Shown here: positions 27,879 through 37,727 of the stretch, in pieces
How the letters are laid out: every line of letters begins with the position of its first letter
How positions within the stretch are numbered: position 1 is the stretch's first letter
Assembly: GCA_963750165.1 (NCBI GenBank)
Contig: CAVVPN010000003.1
Location: 1,216,001 to 1,280,000, forward strand
Direction of reading: 5' to 3'
Source of the DNA: an uncultured Gemmataceae bacterium
GTDB taxonomy: Bacteria > Planctomycetota > Planctomycetia > Gemmatales > Gemmataceae
DNA: 64,000 nucleotides
The notes under the pieces: generated by a model
What the model was told of the DNA's origin: nothing
Databases searched by the model: none
What the model saw: the letters and a program-made list of their open reading frames with translations, nothing else
Made by a program: the position numbers and the translations under genes

Positions 27879-29090
27879 CTACGCCCCGCCCTTCTTGTCC
27901 TTGCCGCCCTTGTCCTTCGTCTCCAGCTTCTCGTGCTTCTGCTTCGCCGGGTCGGTGCTCCAGATGTGGATGGTGCCGTCGTAACTGCAACTGATGAGCT
28001 TCTGCCCGTCGTTGCTGAACGCCACGCCCGTGATGGGCCGCGTGTGGCCGTGGATGTCCAGCACTTCCTTGCCGCTGTCGGCGTTCCAGACCTTGATGGT
28101 CTCCTCGTAGCCGCCGGCCGCCAGCTGCTTGCCGTCGCGACTGAACGCCACCGCCCAGACGCCCTCGCCCGCCTTCAACTTGTGCAGCTCCTTGCCGCTG
28201 GCCGTGTCGAAGACCAGCACCAGTCCGTCCTGACTGCCCGCCGCCAGCCGCGTGCCGGCCGGGTTGTACGCTACGCTCGTGACGCTCCGCTCCGGGCCCT
28301 TCAGCGTCAACACGTCCTTTTTGGCGGCCAGATCCCAGACCTTGATCGTCTTGTCCTCACTGCCCGACGCCAGCCGCTTGCCTTCCTTGTCGAACACCAC
28401 GCACAGCACCTGCCCGGTGTGCCCCGTCAGCGTGAACGCCACCTTGCCTGCGGCCAGGTCGTAGACGTTGATGGTCTTGTCGTCGCTGGCCGAGGCCAAC
28501 TGCTTGCCGTCCGGGCTGAACGCCACCGCCTCGATAAACTCGCCGTGCCCCTTCAGCGACGCCACCTCCTTACCGCTCTTGACCTCAAAGACCTTGATCT
28601 CGCCGACCCACTTGCCCTCGGCTTTCTTGTCGGCCTTCTTGTCCGGCTTGATGAACTTGCCGGCGGTTGCCGCGACCTTCGTGCCGTCCGGGCTGAACGC
28701 CACGCCCAGCACGCGATCCGGGAAGCCCTTGAAGGTCTGAATGTCCTTGCCGCTCTTGAGATCCCAGATCTTCACGGTGCGGTCGGCGCTGCCGGTCGCC
28801 AGCAGCGTGCCGTCCGGGCTCAGGGCCATCCGCGTGATGCCCTGCGTGTGGCCCTTGAAGGTGGCCTCCGGGATCGTCCGGGGCCGCGGTTTCTTTTCCT
28901 CAACGACCTTCTTGTCCTTGTCCTTGGCCGGGGCGTCCTTCTTCTTCTTGTCCTTGCCCTTCTGGGCCGGCTCGCCCTGGACGCTGAGGTCAAGGCCCTG
29001 GACCGCCAGCACCCCCACCAGCACCGCCGCCAAACACACCGCCAGCCGCTGCCAGCGGCCCCTACCCCTCGTCGCGCGCTCCACGGTCAT
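27879..29090 (-). CDS. Secreted/membrane-anchored WD40-repeat protein
   Basis: Seven GH...FSPDG...WD-type repeats, an N-terminal hydrophobic segment and Lys-rich linkers; AGGAG RBS. Confidence 0.9.
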   Translation of the reverse strand: MTVERATRGRGRWQRLAVCLAAVLVGVLAVQGLDLSVQGEPAQKGKDKKKKDAPAKDKDKKVVEEKKPRPRTIPEATFKGHTQGITRMALSPDGTLLATGSADRTVKIWDLKSGKDIQTFKGFPDRVLGVAFSPDGTKVAATAGKFIKPDKKADKKAEGKWVGEIKVFEVKSGKEVASLKGHGEFIEAVAFSPDGKQLASASDDKTINVYDLAAGKVAFTLTGHTGQVLCVVFDKEGKRLASGSEDKTIKVWDLAAKKDVLTLKGPERSVTSVAYNPAGTRLAAGSQDGLVLVFDTASGKELHKLKAGEGVWAVAFSRDGKQLAAGGYEETIKVWNADSGKEVLDIHGHTRPITGVAFSNDGQKLISCSYDGTIHIWSTDPAKQKHEKLETKDKGGKDKKGGA

Positions 29091-29212
29091 GTTGCACCAC
29101 TCCTGGAATTGTCGTTGCCGAACCTGGTGGGATTGTCGCACAGCCGGCCCGGCGGTCAAGGGGCAGGGCGGCGCGAAAAAAATGAAAAATGACTGGCCAA
29201 CTGCCACAGCCG

Positions 29213-29221
29213 TGCTACAAT
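29213..29221 (+). promoter_or_regulatory. Extended -10 promoter element (TGnTACAAT)
   Basis: TGCTACAAT with TGGCCA at 29194; no credible + strand CDS follows. Confidence 0.5.
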
Positions 29222-29227
29222 AGCACT

Positions 29228-29342
29228 GTTTTATAGCGACGGTTGGTTCCGGTGATTCATTGGAACTCCCGTCGTTGTACGCTCTCCATTCATATTTGGC
29301 CTGTTCGACTCCCCGGGCGGGAAGTCGGACAGGCCGTTTTTG
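29228..29342 (+). ncRNA. Candidate small regulatory RNA (~115 nt)
   Basis: Promoter upstream; 5' hairpin 29232-29279; single-stranded CTCTCCATTC; terminator stem 29298-29335 followed by GTTTTTGTT. Confidence 0.55.
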
Positions 29343-29351
29343 TTGCGCTCG

Positions 29352-30031
29352 TCACGGTTGCTGGCGTCGCTGTTGCAGCTGGGCCACGAAGGCGGCGTGT
29401 TCGGGCGAGTTCAAGCTCTGCGTGAGTGTGGCAGCAATTTGCGGAACGTTGTCCTGCCAAAATGCCGTTTCGTGAAGCCACAACCCCGGAAATTCCTGCG
29501 AACGCCAAACACCATCCGTTGGCGAGGCCGCCACCTGGTACGCCCCGTCCACCAACCGGTGCCAGCGCAACTCTTGCTCGAAAACCAGGACCGCCAAATA
29601 CTCCTGGACACCCTCTTCCTGGTAAAGTTCCAGCTTCTGGTGCAGGTCGTAGGCAGCGCTCGACAAGCACACCTCGGCCAGGAACTCCGGCACGCCCAAC
29701 GGGAAACGCCCTTGCATGACCGAGCGCCCGCCGTACTCCGGCAAAACGCGCAGTGACACGTCGGGTTGCGGGGCGTCCTCCCCCATCAACCAGGTGGCGT
29801 TCGCGGAGGCGGTGCAGCCTGGAGTGTAGCCAGAATAATGTTTGAGCCAGTAGCTGACCCGACAATCAACGTCCCCGTGTTCCAGGCTCGTCGGCGAAGG
29901 CATGTAAACGATCCCCCCAATCAATTCCGCGCGCTGAGATTCGGCATCGCGTCCCAGCGGCGCAGAAATTCCTCGCGGGTTAAGTTGTCGCCCTGCGACA
30001 GCGGCAACACCTGTTGTTCGACCGTGGACAT
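29352..30031 (-). CDS. Uma2 (DUF820) family endonuclease; 1-nt frameshift at ~29936
   Basis: MSTVEQQVLPLSQGDNLTREEFLRRWDAMPNL, then after the shift RAELIGGIVYMPSP, PQPDVSL, PEFLAEV, KLELYQEEGVQEY and SQEFPGLWL; AGGAG RBS before ATG 30031. Confidence 0.85.
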
Positions 30032-30142
30032 TGCGGTTGTCTCCTTGAAGGGTTTCGGTCATTCTACCCGACCGGGGACCGCTTTGAAAAACCCACCCGT
30101 CACTTATAATGGCGGCAATCGCCCTGGCTTCGAGACCGAATC

Positions 30143-30961
30143 ATGACCGCTCCCATTCGCATCGGCGCCGTCAACTACCTCAACACCAAACCGCTCATTC
30201 ACGACCTCGCCGAGCTAGCGCCCGACGCGGAACTGCGGTTGGAGGTGCCCAGCCTGCTCGCCGACCAGCTGCATCGCGGCCACCTCGACGTGGCGCTCAT
30301 CCCGGTCATCGAATACTTTCGCCACGGCAACTACCGCATTGTCCCCGACCTCGCCATCGCCAGCCACGGCCCCGTCCTGAGCGTCACGCTGTTCAGCCGC
30401 GTTCCCTGGGCGGACATCCGCCGCGTCGCTCTCGATGCGGGATCGCGCACCAGCGCCGCCCTGACGCAAATCCTGCTGCGGCAGCGGCATAGCGTCCGCC
30501 CGGAGGTGGTGCCGCTGGCGCTCGACAGGGGCGCCGAGGACAGCGACGCCGACGCCGTGCTGCTCATCGGTGATCGGGCCATGCGCGCCTGCCTGCCCGG
30601 CTTCGCACACGCCTACGACCTCGGCCAGGAGTGGCACGACTGGGTGGGGCTGCCGTTCGTTTACGCCGTCTGGGCGGTGCGGCCCGGCATCGATCTCGGC
30701 CCGGTCGCCGCCGCGCTGCACGAGGCCAAACAGCGCGGTTGCCGCCACGTTGGCCAGATCGCCGCCCGCGAGGCGCCGCTGCTGGGCCTGGACGCCGGCT
30801 TTTGCCGCCGCTATCTGAGCAACATCATCCGCTTCGACCTGGGCTCCCGCGAGCTGGCGGGGCTGCACCACTATTACATGCTGGCGTGCGAACTGGGCCT
30901 GGCACGCCGGGGGGTGAATCTTGAACGCTACGAGCAACCGCATCTTGTCGAAAGCCGTTGA
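30143..30961 (+). CDS. mqnA: Chorismate dehydratase (futalosine menaquinone pathway)
   Basis: IGAVNYLNTKPL, GPVLSV, SRTS, LLIGDRAM and DLGQEWHDWVGLPFVYAVW; adjacent to mqnC. Confidence 0.92.
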   Translation: MTAPIRIGAVNYLNTKPLIHDLAELAPDAELRLEVPSLLADQLHRGHLDVALIPVIEYFRHGNYRIVPDLAIASHGPVLSVTLFSRVPWADIRRVALDAGSRTSAALTQILLRQRHSVRPEVVPLALDRGAEDSDADAVLLIGDRAMRACLPGFAHAYDLGQEWHDWVGLPFVYAVWAVRPGIDLGPVAAALHEAKQRGCRHVGQIAAREAPLLGLDAGFCRRYLSNIIRFDLGSRELAGLHHYYMLACELGLARRGVNLERYEQPHLVESR

Positions 30962-31991
30962 CGGCGGCCGACTGAGCTACGACGAGGGCTGTGCCCTGTT
31001 CGAGTGCCGCGACCTGGCCGCCCTCGGTGCTGCCGCCGACGCCGTGACGCGCCGGCTGCATCCCGAGCCGTACCGCACCTACAACATCGACCGCAACATC
31101 AATTACACCAACGTCTGCGCCGCCGTTTGTGACTTCTGCGCCTTCTATCGCAAGTCCGGTGACGCCGACGCCTACGTGCTGCCGCGCGAAGTGCTGTACC
31201 GGAAGATCGAGGAGACGATCGCGCTGGGCGGCGACCAGTCGCTATTGCAGGGCGGCAACCATCCGTCGCTGAAACTCGACTGGTACGAGGAGTTGCTGCG
31301 CGACCTGAAAGCCCGCTATCCGACGTTCAACCTGCACGCCTTCAGTGCCGCGGAACTGTGGCACTTCCACAAGCTGAACAAGCTGCCGCTGCGCGAGGTG
31401 CTGCGCCGCCTGAAGGACGCGGGCATGGGCAGCCTGCCCGGCGGCGGCGGTGAAATCCTCGTGGACCGCGTGCGCCAGGCGATCACCGTCAACAAATGTC
31501 TGACCGATGAGTGGCTGGAAGTGCATCGCACCTGGCACGAACTGGGTGGCCGCTCCACCTGCACGATGATGTTCGGCCACGTCGAGACATTGCCGGAGCG
31601 TGTCGAGACACTGGAGCGACTGCGGCAGTTGCAGGACGAGACGGGCGGCTTCACGGCGTTCATCTGCTGGACGTTTCAGCCGCAGCACACGGCCCTGGCG
31701 CACTTACCCCCGGCCGGCTCGTTCGAGTATCTGCGCACGCAGGCCATCGCCCGGCTGTACCTCGACAATATCTCCAACATTCAGTCGTCGTGGGTGACGC
31801 AGGGCCTGAAAGTCGGCCAGCTGGCGCTGCGCTTCGGCGCCAACGACATGGGCAGTCTGATGATCGAGGAGAACGTTGTGGCGTCGGCGGGCACGGTCCA
31901 TTACCTGACGCTGGAGCAGATCAAGAACGCCATCCGCGAGGTCGGTTACACGCCACGGCAGCGGAATGTGTTCTATGAATATCTTAACTGA
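30921..31991 (+). CDS. mqnC: Cyclic dehypoxanthinyl futalosine synthase (radical SAM)
   Basis: DRNINYTNVCAAVCDFCAFYR (CxxxCxxC), SLPGGGGEIL, TMMFGHVE, NIQSSWVTQG and GANDMGSLMIEENVV. Confidence 0.92.
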   Translation: MNATSNRILSKAVDGGRLSYDEGCALFECRDLAALGAAADAVTRRLHPEPYRTYNIDRNINYTNVCAAVCDFCAFYRKSGDADAYVLPREVLYRKIEETIALGGDQSLLQGGNHPSLKLDWYEELLRDLKARYPTFNLHAFSAAELWHFHKLNKLPLREVLRRLKDAGMGSLPGGGGEILVDRVRQAITVNKCLTDEWLEVHRTWHELGGRSTCTMMFGHVETLPERVETLERLRQLQDETGGFTAFICWTFQPQHTALAHLPPAGSFEYLRTQAIARLYLDNISNIQSSWVTQGLKVGQLALRFGANDMGSLMIEENVVASAGTVHYLTLEQIKNAIREVGYTPRQRNVFYEYLN

Positions 31992-31993
31992 GG

Positions 31994-32087
31994 AGTCATT
32001 AGTCATTCGTTGGTGAACAAGGGCTCAGCGCTGGAACCTGTGCCCGATGGCTGACGACTAATGACTCATGACTAATGACTAATGACT
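31994..32087. repeat. Heptamer (ATGACTA) short tandem repeats in inverted arrangement
   Basis: AGTCATTAGTCATT at ~31994 and GACTAATGACTCATGACTAATGACTAATGACT at ~32056-32087. Confidence 0.75.
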
Positions 32088-32822
32088 ACTCCACTGATCC
32101 ATGTCGAACAGTTGACGAAATCCTTCCGCGACCTGCGCCGCGGTCAGGTGCTGGCGGTCGATCACGTCAGCTTCGACGCCTACCCCGGCGAGGTCTTCGG
32201 CCTGCTCGGCCCCAACGGCGCCGGCAAGACGACCACCATGCGCATCCTGTGTACCGTCCTGCGACCGACCGGCGGCACCGTCCGCCTGGCCGGCTACGAC
32301 GTGGTGAGCCAGGCGACGCAGGTACGGCAGCACATCGGCTTTCTGTCCGCCAACACCGCCATCTACGACCGCATGTCCGCCTGGGAGTTGGTCGATTACT
32401 TCGGCCGCCTTTACGGCATGGAGCCCGAACGCCTGCGGCAGCGCATGGAGGTGGTATTCGCGGACCTGCAAATGAACGACTTCCGCGACGTGCTCGGCGC
32501 CAAGATGAGCACGGGCATGCGGCAAAAGGTGTCCATCGCGCGGGCCATCATTCACGACCCGCCCGTGCTCATCTTCGACGAACCGACCATCGGCCTGGAC
32601 GTGCTCGTGGCCCGGGCGGTGCTGCAGAACATCGAACGGCTGCGCGGCATTGGCAAGTGCATCGTCTTCTCGACGCACATCATGCGCGAGGTGGAGAAAC
32701 TGTGCGACCGGGTGGCCATTATCAGCCGGGGCCGTATTCAGGCGAGCGGCACGCTGACGGAGTTGCGCGAACGGCACGGCCAGAATGACCTGGAAGAACT
32801 GTTCTTCAAACTGGTGTCCTGA
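32082..32822 (+). CDS. ABC transporter ATP-binding protein (NatA-like)
   Basis: [24 protein letters not shown] and STH. Confidence 0.9.
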   Translation: MTTPLIHVEQLTKSFRDLRRGQVLAVDHVSFDAYPGEVFGLLGPNGAGKTTTMRILCTVLRPTGGTVRLAGYDVVSQATQVRQHIGFLSANTAIYDRMSAWELVDYFGRLYGMEPERLRQRMEVVFADLQMNDFRDVLGAKMSTGMRQKVSIARAIIHDPPVLIFDEPTIGLDVLVARAVLQNIERLRGIGKCIVFSTHIMREVEKLCDRVAIISRGRIQASGTLTELRERHGQNDLEELFFKLVS

Positions 32823-32830
32823 AAAAAGCC

Positions 32831-32861
32831 GCGAGCCCGCAACTTACTGCTGCGGGCTCGC
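32831..32861. terminator. Hairpin between convergent genes (probable terminator, T-run on the - strand)
   Basis: GCGAGCCCGCA / TGCGGGCTCGC preceded by AAAAAA. Confidence 0.6.
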
Positions 32862-32894
32862 TTCGTCCGGCCATGGGAGAACGCCGAAAACCAC

Positions 32895-33764
32895 TCAGAA
32901 GCCGCCGCCGGTGAAGGGACTGCCAAACCCATTTACCCTACCGCCGCCGTAGCCGCTGCCGACGCCGCCGAAGGGGCTGCTGTAGCCGCTGCCGACGCCG
33001 CTAAGGGGGTTGCTGTAGCCGCTGCCGACGCCGCTGAAGGGGCTGCCGTAGCCGCTGCCGACGCCGCCGTAGGGGCTAAGGAAGGAACTGTTGTAGCCGC
33101 TGCCAAAGCCGCTGAAGGGGCTGCTGTAACCGCTGCCAAAGCTGCCGTAGGGGCTCGCGAAGGGACTGCCATACGCCCCACCGTAGCCGCTGCCAAAGCT
33201 GCCATAGCCCGTGCCGCCGAAGTAGTTCTGCATCGTCCCCTGGAAGCCGCCAATCTGGCCCACGCCACGGCCGTTCAGCGCCGGAAAGCCCGTGGTGCCG
33301 CCGCCGTAGGGGGTGCCGTAACCGCCCTGGTTGAAGCCGCCGTAGGGGTTGCCGTACGGGCTGCCGTACGAACTGCCGTAGGGGTAGCTGCCGTACAGGC
33401 TGCCCAGGTTGGTGGGGTAACCGTAGCTGCCGTAACCGTTGTTGCCCTGAACCAGCGGGCTGAGGTTGGTGCCGATGATGCCCGTGACCGTGTTCAGCTG
33501 GCGGTTGGCCTGGTTCTGATAGTACTGGTTGATGTTGTTGTTCAACCGGTTGGTCGAGCTGAGCGGGTTGCCCGGCACGGCCGCGTATGGGTAATAGTTG
33601 CTCAGCGTCCGGTTCTGCGGCGTGTAATGGGTGGCAACGGGCCGAACGCCGGTGTGCGGCTGGGTGTGATGCTGGGCGCCGACGGTTTGCTGGCCGACCA
33701 GGCTCAGGGTGAGTGCGACCACCCCGATTCCCCCGACCTTGAGTGTGGACCACGACAGCTTCAT
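32895..33764 (-). CDS. Secreted low-complexity Gly/Tyr/Ser/Asn-rich protein with 11-aa repeats (GSGYSSPFSGV)
   Basis: Signal peptide, GAGGGG RBS, 33-nt tandem repeats at ~32945-33200. Confidence 0.78.
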   Translation of the reverse strand: MKLSWSTLKVGGIGVVALTLSLVGQQTVGAQHHTQPHTGVRPVATHYTPQNRTLSNYYPYAAVPGNPLSSTNRLNNNINQYYQNQANRQLNTVTGIIGTNLSPLVQGNNGYGSYGYPTNLGSLYGSYPYGSSYGSPYGNPYGGFNQGGYGTPYGGGTTGFPALNGRGVGQIGGFQGTMQNYFGGTGYGSFGSGYGGAYGSPFASPYGSFGSGYSSPFSGFGSGYNSSFLSPYGGVGSGYGSPFSGVGSGYSNPLSGVGSGYSSPFGGVGSGYGGGRVNGFGSPFTGGGF

Positions 33765-33897
33765 GGGTACCCCTCTGCTGGTTTGAGAACCTTCCCGTTT
33801 ACCTGGTGCCAACTTCCCTACTTGCTGCTCAACCCTTCCATTGTACACCTGGGAGACGCGCTGGGAGGGAAAACTTGCGCTGATTTTCCTGGATTTG

Positions 33898-33966
33898 GGC
33901 GAGCGGCGCGGCGTCAGCTCGCCGGTAACGTACTACCACCGGCGAGCTGACGCCGCGCCGCTCGCC
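33898..33966. repeat. REP-like palindrome, family D (copy 2)
   Basis: Same outer arms as 5702. Confidence 0.9.
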
Positions 33967-34046
33967 TCGTTCCGGAGACGCACCGCCGCGCAACACCGGC
34001 TTGCGGCCCGGGCGGCGGCCGGGCTACAATGCCAGCGAGGAAACGG

Positions 34047-35285
34047 ATGACTCCAACCTCCAGGGCCGGACCTGTGCCACCAACGACCCCGACCGTGATC
34101 CAGTCTCGTTCCCCGCGGCGCGTCGTCGTCCTCGGCTCGACCGGCTCGGTCGGCGCCAACTGCCTCGACGTGATCGCCGCCCTGCCCGGCCGTCTGGAAG
34201 TCGTCGGCCTCAGCGCCCACAGCAGCGCCGACACCCTCGCCCGGCAAGCGCAGCAGTTCCGCCCGCGCTGGGTCGCTCTGACCGACCCCGACGCTGCATT
34301 ACCACGCGGCATCCGTCTGCCGCCGGGCATGCAAGTGCTCCGCGGCGTGGACGGCATCCGCACGATGGTCAGCGACCCCGACGTGGACGTGGTCGTCGTG
34401 GCCATCGTCGGCGCCGCCGGCCTGGCGGGGACGTGGGCCGCCCTGGAGGCGGGCAAGACGGTCGCCTTCGCCAACAAGGAAACGCTCGTCATGGCCGGAG
34501 CGCAGGTCATGGACCTGGCCCGCGCTCGCGGCGGCCGGTTGCTGCCCGTCGATAGCGAACACAGCGCCATCTTCCAGGCGCTGCACTGCGGCCGGGCCGG
34601 CGAGGTCGAGCGCGTCGTCCTGACCGGCAGCGGCGGCCCCTTCCGCGGCCGCAGCCGGGCCGAGCTGGAGGAGGTCAGCGTCGAGGACGCCCTCAAGCAT
34701 CCGACCTGGCGCATGGGGCCGAAGATCACCGTCGATTCCGCGACGCTGATGAACAAGGCGCTGGAGGTCATCGAGGCCCGCTGGCTGTTCGACCTGCGGC
34801 CCGAGCAGATCGAGGTCATCATCCACCCCGAATCGGTCATCCACTCGTTCGTGGAGTTCGTGGACGGCTCGGTGCTGGCCCAGCTGTCGCCGCCGGACAT
34901 GCGGCTGCCGATCCAGTACGCCCTGACGTTCCCGGAGCGCGTCGCCGGCCCCACGCACCGGCTGAACTGGCGCGAACTGGGGCTCTGGCATTTTGAACAG
35001 CCAGATTCCGAGACGTTTCCGGCCCTACAATTGGGGTACGAGGTTGCGCGCCGCGGCGGCACCTGTGGGGCGGTGCTCAATGCCGCCAACGAGGCCGCGG
35101 TGGAAAAATTCCTGCGCGGCGATCTGCGGTTCCTGGACATCACCACGGCCTGCCGGGCCGTGCTGGAGAATCATCATTACAGCCCGCGACCGGGGCTGGC
35201 CGAACTCGAGGCCGCCGACCGCTGGGCACGACAGGAGGTGTGTCGTTGGACAACCACGATCCCCAGTCCCGCCAGCCGGATTTGA
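34047..35285 (+). CDS. dxr: 1-deoxy-D-xylulose-5-phosphate reductoisomerase
   Basis: LGSTGSVG, FANKETLV, LPVDSEHSAIFQ, HPTWRMGPKITVDSATLMNKALE and NAANE. Confidence 0.96.
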   Translation: MTPTSRAGPVPPTTPTVIQSRSPRRVVVLGSTGSVGANCLDVIAALPGRLEVVGLSAHSSADTLARQAQQFRPRWVALTDPDAALPRGIRLPPGMQVLRGVDGIRTMVSDPDVDVVVVAIVGAAGLAGTWAALEAGKTVAFANKETLVMAGAQVMDLARARGGRLLPVDSEHSAIFQALHCGRAGEVERVVLTGSGGPFRGRSRAELEEVSVEDALKHPTWRMGPKITVDSATLMNKALEVIEARWLFDLRPEQIEVIIHPESVIHSFVEFVDGSVLAQLSPPDMRLPIQYALTFPERVAGPTHRLNWRELGLWHFEQPDSETFPALQLGYEVARRGGTCGAVLNAANEAAVEKFLRGDLRFLDITTACRAVLENHHYSPRPGLAELEAADRWARQEVCRWTTTIPSPASRI

Positions 35286-35360
35286 AGCCCGACGCCATCG
35301 CGCCGGGCGCGTCCCCCGTCCGCTCCGCCCCGGGCGGACGAGGACGATCACACGCCCGCG

Positions 35361-37655
35361 GTGGACATGACGTTTTCGCAGTGGCTCAAGGCCAACCGCG
35401 TTATGCTCGTCATCCTCGCCGCCGTGGCGACGTTCCTGTTCATCAAGTTTGACGCCGAGGGCCTGTGGTCCATCGCCAAGGCGGCCCTGGGCCTGAGCTT
35501 TGTCGTCTTCGTCCACGAGCTGGGCCACTTCCTGGTCGCCAAGTGGTGCGACGTGCATGTGACGACGTTCAGCATCGGCTTCGGGCCGGCACTGCCGGGC
35601 TGCAAGTTCAAGTGGGGCGAAACCACGTACATGCTGGCGCTGTTCCCGCTGGGCGGCTACGTGCAGATGGTCGGCCAGGTCGATGGCGACGAGTCCAGCG
35701 ACGGCACCGAGGAGGATCCGCGCTCGTACAAGAACAAGACGGTCTGGCAGCGCATGGCGATCATCTCCGCCGGCGTCATCATGAACGTCCTCCTGGCGTT
35801 CATCTGCTTCATCATCGTGTTCGAGGGGCCCGGCAAGGACCGCAAGGCGGCGGTGATCGCGGCGACCGACACCGGCTCGCCGGCCTACCGCAAGGGCCTG
35901 CCCACCGGGGCGGTCATCGAGCAGATCGGCGACGTGAAGGAGCCGTATTTTGAGGATCTGCTGGTCACAGTGATGACCACGACCTATGGCGAGAAGCTCA
36001 AACTGGTCTACCAGCAACCGGACCAGGAGCCGGTCAGCACCGAGATTGAGCCGCGGCTGGGACCGGACGACAAACGGCCGGTGATCGGCATCCAGCCGGC
36101 GCCGTCGCTGGAGTTGATGCCGCAGCGCTACGTCGGTAAGTCGATGGAGCAGCCGGCGTACCCGAACAGTCCCGCGGCCCGTGCGGAACCGCCGTTCGAG
36201 TTCGGCGATCACATCGTCGCCACCACCGACCCGGACCAGGCCGGGCCGTATGACCCGAAGAAGATCAAGGAACTGCCGCTGGACCCGCGCAAGCATGACG
36301 GCCAGCAGCGCGACTATTTCGCGTTCACGAAGCGGCTGCGCGAGCTGGCCGGCAAGCCGATGGTCATGCGCGTGGAGCGCGGCAAGAACCGCGAGAAGGT
36401 GGACATCCTGGTGTCGCCGGCGTTCCATCAGACGCTCGGGGCGCGGATGAAGATGGGCCAGGTGACGGCGGCCCGCAACGGCAGCGCCGCGGCGGAGCTG
36501 TTGCAGCAGCGTGACACAAGCAACACCGTCACCCGCGAAGGGGACGTGCTCAAGGCGGTGGAGGTGCGTGAGCCGGACGGCAGCCCGACGCGCTACGTCG
36601 AGACGGTCGGCACGCCGGAACTGGCGGCGCAGCTGGCGAGCGCTGTGTTCCTGCCGCCCTGGGCGCAGCCGCTGGCCCTGGCGCGGACCCTGGAGGTCGA
36701 GAAGCCGCTCGACCCGACGCGGCTGCCCGATCAGTTGCGGGCCTGGGCGAAGCGCATGCGCGACCACGGCAAGAAGGATCTGACCGTGACGCTGCAGGTG
36801 AAGCGGCACCGCGCCGCGGCCGGCAACACCTACGAAATGAAGACGGTGACGCTGCCCTGGGACTTCCGCTGGGAGTTCGACAACGAGGTGCCCTTCGGCA
36901 TGAACTCGCCGCTGTCGATCCCGGAACTGGGCTTCGCCTACCGCATCCAGGCGACGGTGCTGGACGTGGGCCCGAGGCCAGCCGACGGCCTGAAGGCCGG
37001 CGACGTGGTCAAGCGCATCCGCTACCACGGCAAGAACGCCGAGGGCAAGGTCGAGGATTTGCCGTGGCTCGAACTCAAAGGCGATCAGTGGGCGCGGGTG
37101 TTCTGGACAATGCAGAGTCCGGAGATCGTCAAGGTGACGCTGGAGGTGGAGCGCAACGGCCAGACGAAAGAGCTGACGATTGAGCCGCTGGTGGATAAAC
37201 ACTGGCCGCGGGATGAGCGCGGCCTGCTGCTGGCGGCCGACGTGCGGTTGCAAAAGGCGAGTAATCTGATGGAGGCCATCGGCATGGGCCTCAAGGACAC
37301 GCTCAACAACATGGGGCAGGTGTATCAGAACCTGCGCGGCATGTTGACGGGGCGCATCAGCACGGACAACCTGGGCGGCCCGGTGATGATCGCAACGGTG
37401 GCGTACCGGATCGCGGGCATCGACTTCTGGGAGTTCCTGTTCTTCCTGGGCCTGATTAGCGTCAACCTGGCGGTGATTAACTTCCTGCCGATCCCGGTGC
37501 TGGATGGCGGCCACATGGTCTTCCTGATTTACGAGAAGATTCGCGGCAAGCCGGCTTCGGAGGCGGTGCGTGTCGGTGCCACCTACGCGGGGCTGCTGAT
37601 GCTGGCGTCGCTGATGCTGTTCGTGCTGTTCCTGGACATCAAGCGGCTGTTGTAG
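35361..37655 (+). CDS. rseP: Site-2 protease RseP family zinc metalloprotease with PDZ domains; true start may be TTG 35246 with a frameshift at ~35335
   Basis: HELGH, FSIGFGP, PLGGYVQM and NFLPIPVLDGGH; follows dxr as in the conserved dxr-rseP synteny. Confidence 0.9.
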   Translation: MDMTFSQWLKANRVMLVILAAVATFLFIKFDAEGLWSIAKAALGLSFVVFVHELGHFLVAKWCDVHVTTFSIGFGPALPGCKFKWGETTYMLALFPLGGYVQMVGQVDGDESSDGTEEDPRSYKNKTVWQRMAIISAGVIMNVLLAFICFIIVFEGPGKDRKAAVIAATDTGSPAYRKGLPTGAVIEQIGDVKEPYFEDLLVTVMTTTYGEKLKLVYQQPDQEPVSTEIEPRLGPDDKRPVIGIQPAPSLELMPQRYVGKSMEQPAYPNSPAARAEPPFEFGDHIVATTDPDQAGPYDPKKIKELPLDPRKHDGQQRDYFAFTKRLRELAGKPMVMRVERGKNREKVDILVSPAFHQTLGARMKMGQVTAARNGSAAAELLQQRDTSNTVTREGDVLKAVEVREPDGSPTRYVETVGTPELAAQLASAVFLPPWAQPLALARTLEVEKPLDPTRLPDQLRAWAKRMRDHGKKDLTVTLQVKRHRAAAGNTYEMKTVTLPWDFRWEFDNEVPFGMNSPLSIPELGFAYRIQATVLDVGPRPADGLKAGDVVKRIRYHGKNAEGKVEDLPWLELKGDQWARVFWTMQSPEIVKVTLEVERNGQTKELTIEPLVDKHWPRDERGLLLAADVRLQKASNLMEAIGMGLKDTLNNMGQVYQNLRGMLTGRISTDNLGGPVMIATVAYRIAGIDFWEFLFFLGLISVNLAVINFLPIPVLDGGHMVFLIYEKIRGKPASEAVRVGATYAGLLMLASLMLFVLFLDIKRLL

Positions 37656-37661
37656 CTTCCT

Positions 37662-37696
37662 GCCCCCTCGTCCGGAAGCGGACGAGGGGGCTTCTT
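37662..37696 (+). terminator. Intrinsic terminator-like hairpin
   Basis: GCCCCCTCGTCCG-GAAG-CGGACGAGGGGGC then TTCTT, between convergent genes. Confidence 0.65.
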
Positions 37697-37727
37697 CATT
37701 CGTAGTGCCGCGGCCCACGCGCCCGGT

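Noticed and set aside
32945..33200. 33-nt repeats as a CRISPR array or DGR
   Set aside because: They encode in-frame Gly/Ser/Tyr peptide repeats; no spacers and no reverse transcriptase.
30143..37655. mqnA/mqnC and dxr/rseP as a novel cluster
   Set aside because: These are ordinary housekeeping genes of the futalosine and MEP pathways in known syntenies.
35025..37718. Long antisense ORFs (for example 35025-37718, 43009-44862, 55387-57945, 27732-29192)
   Set aside because: Shadow ORFs expected in high-GC DNA, opposite or overlapping well-supported genes; Arg/Ala/Pro-rich with no motifs.
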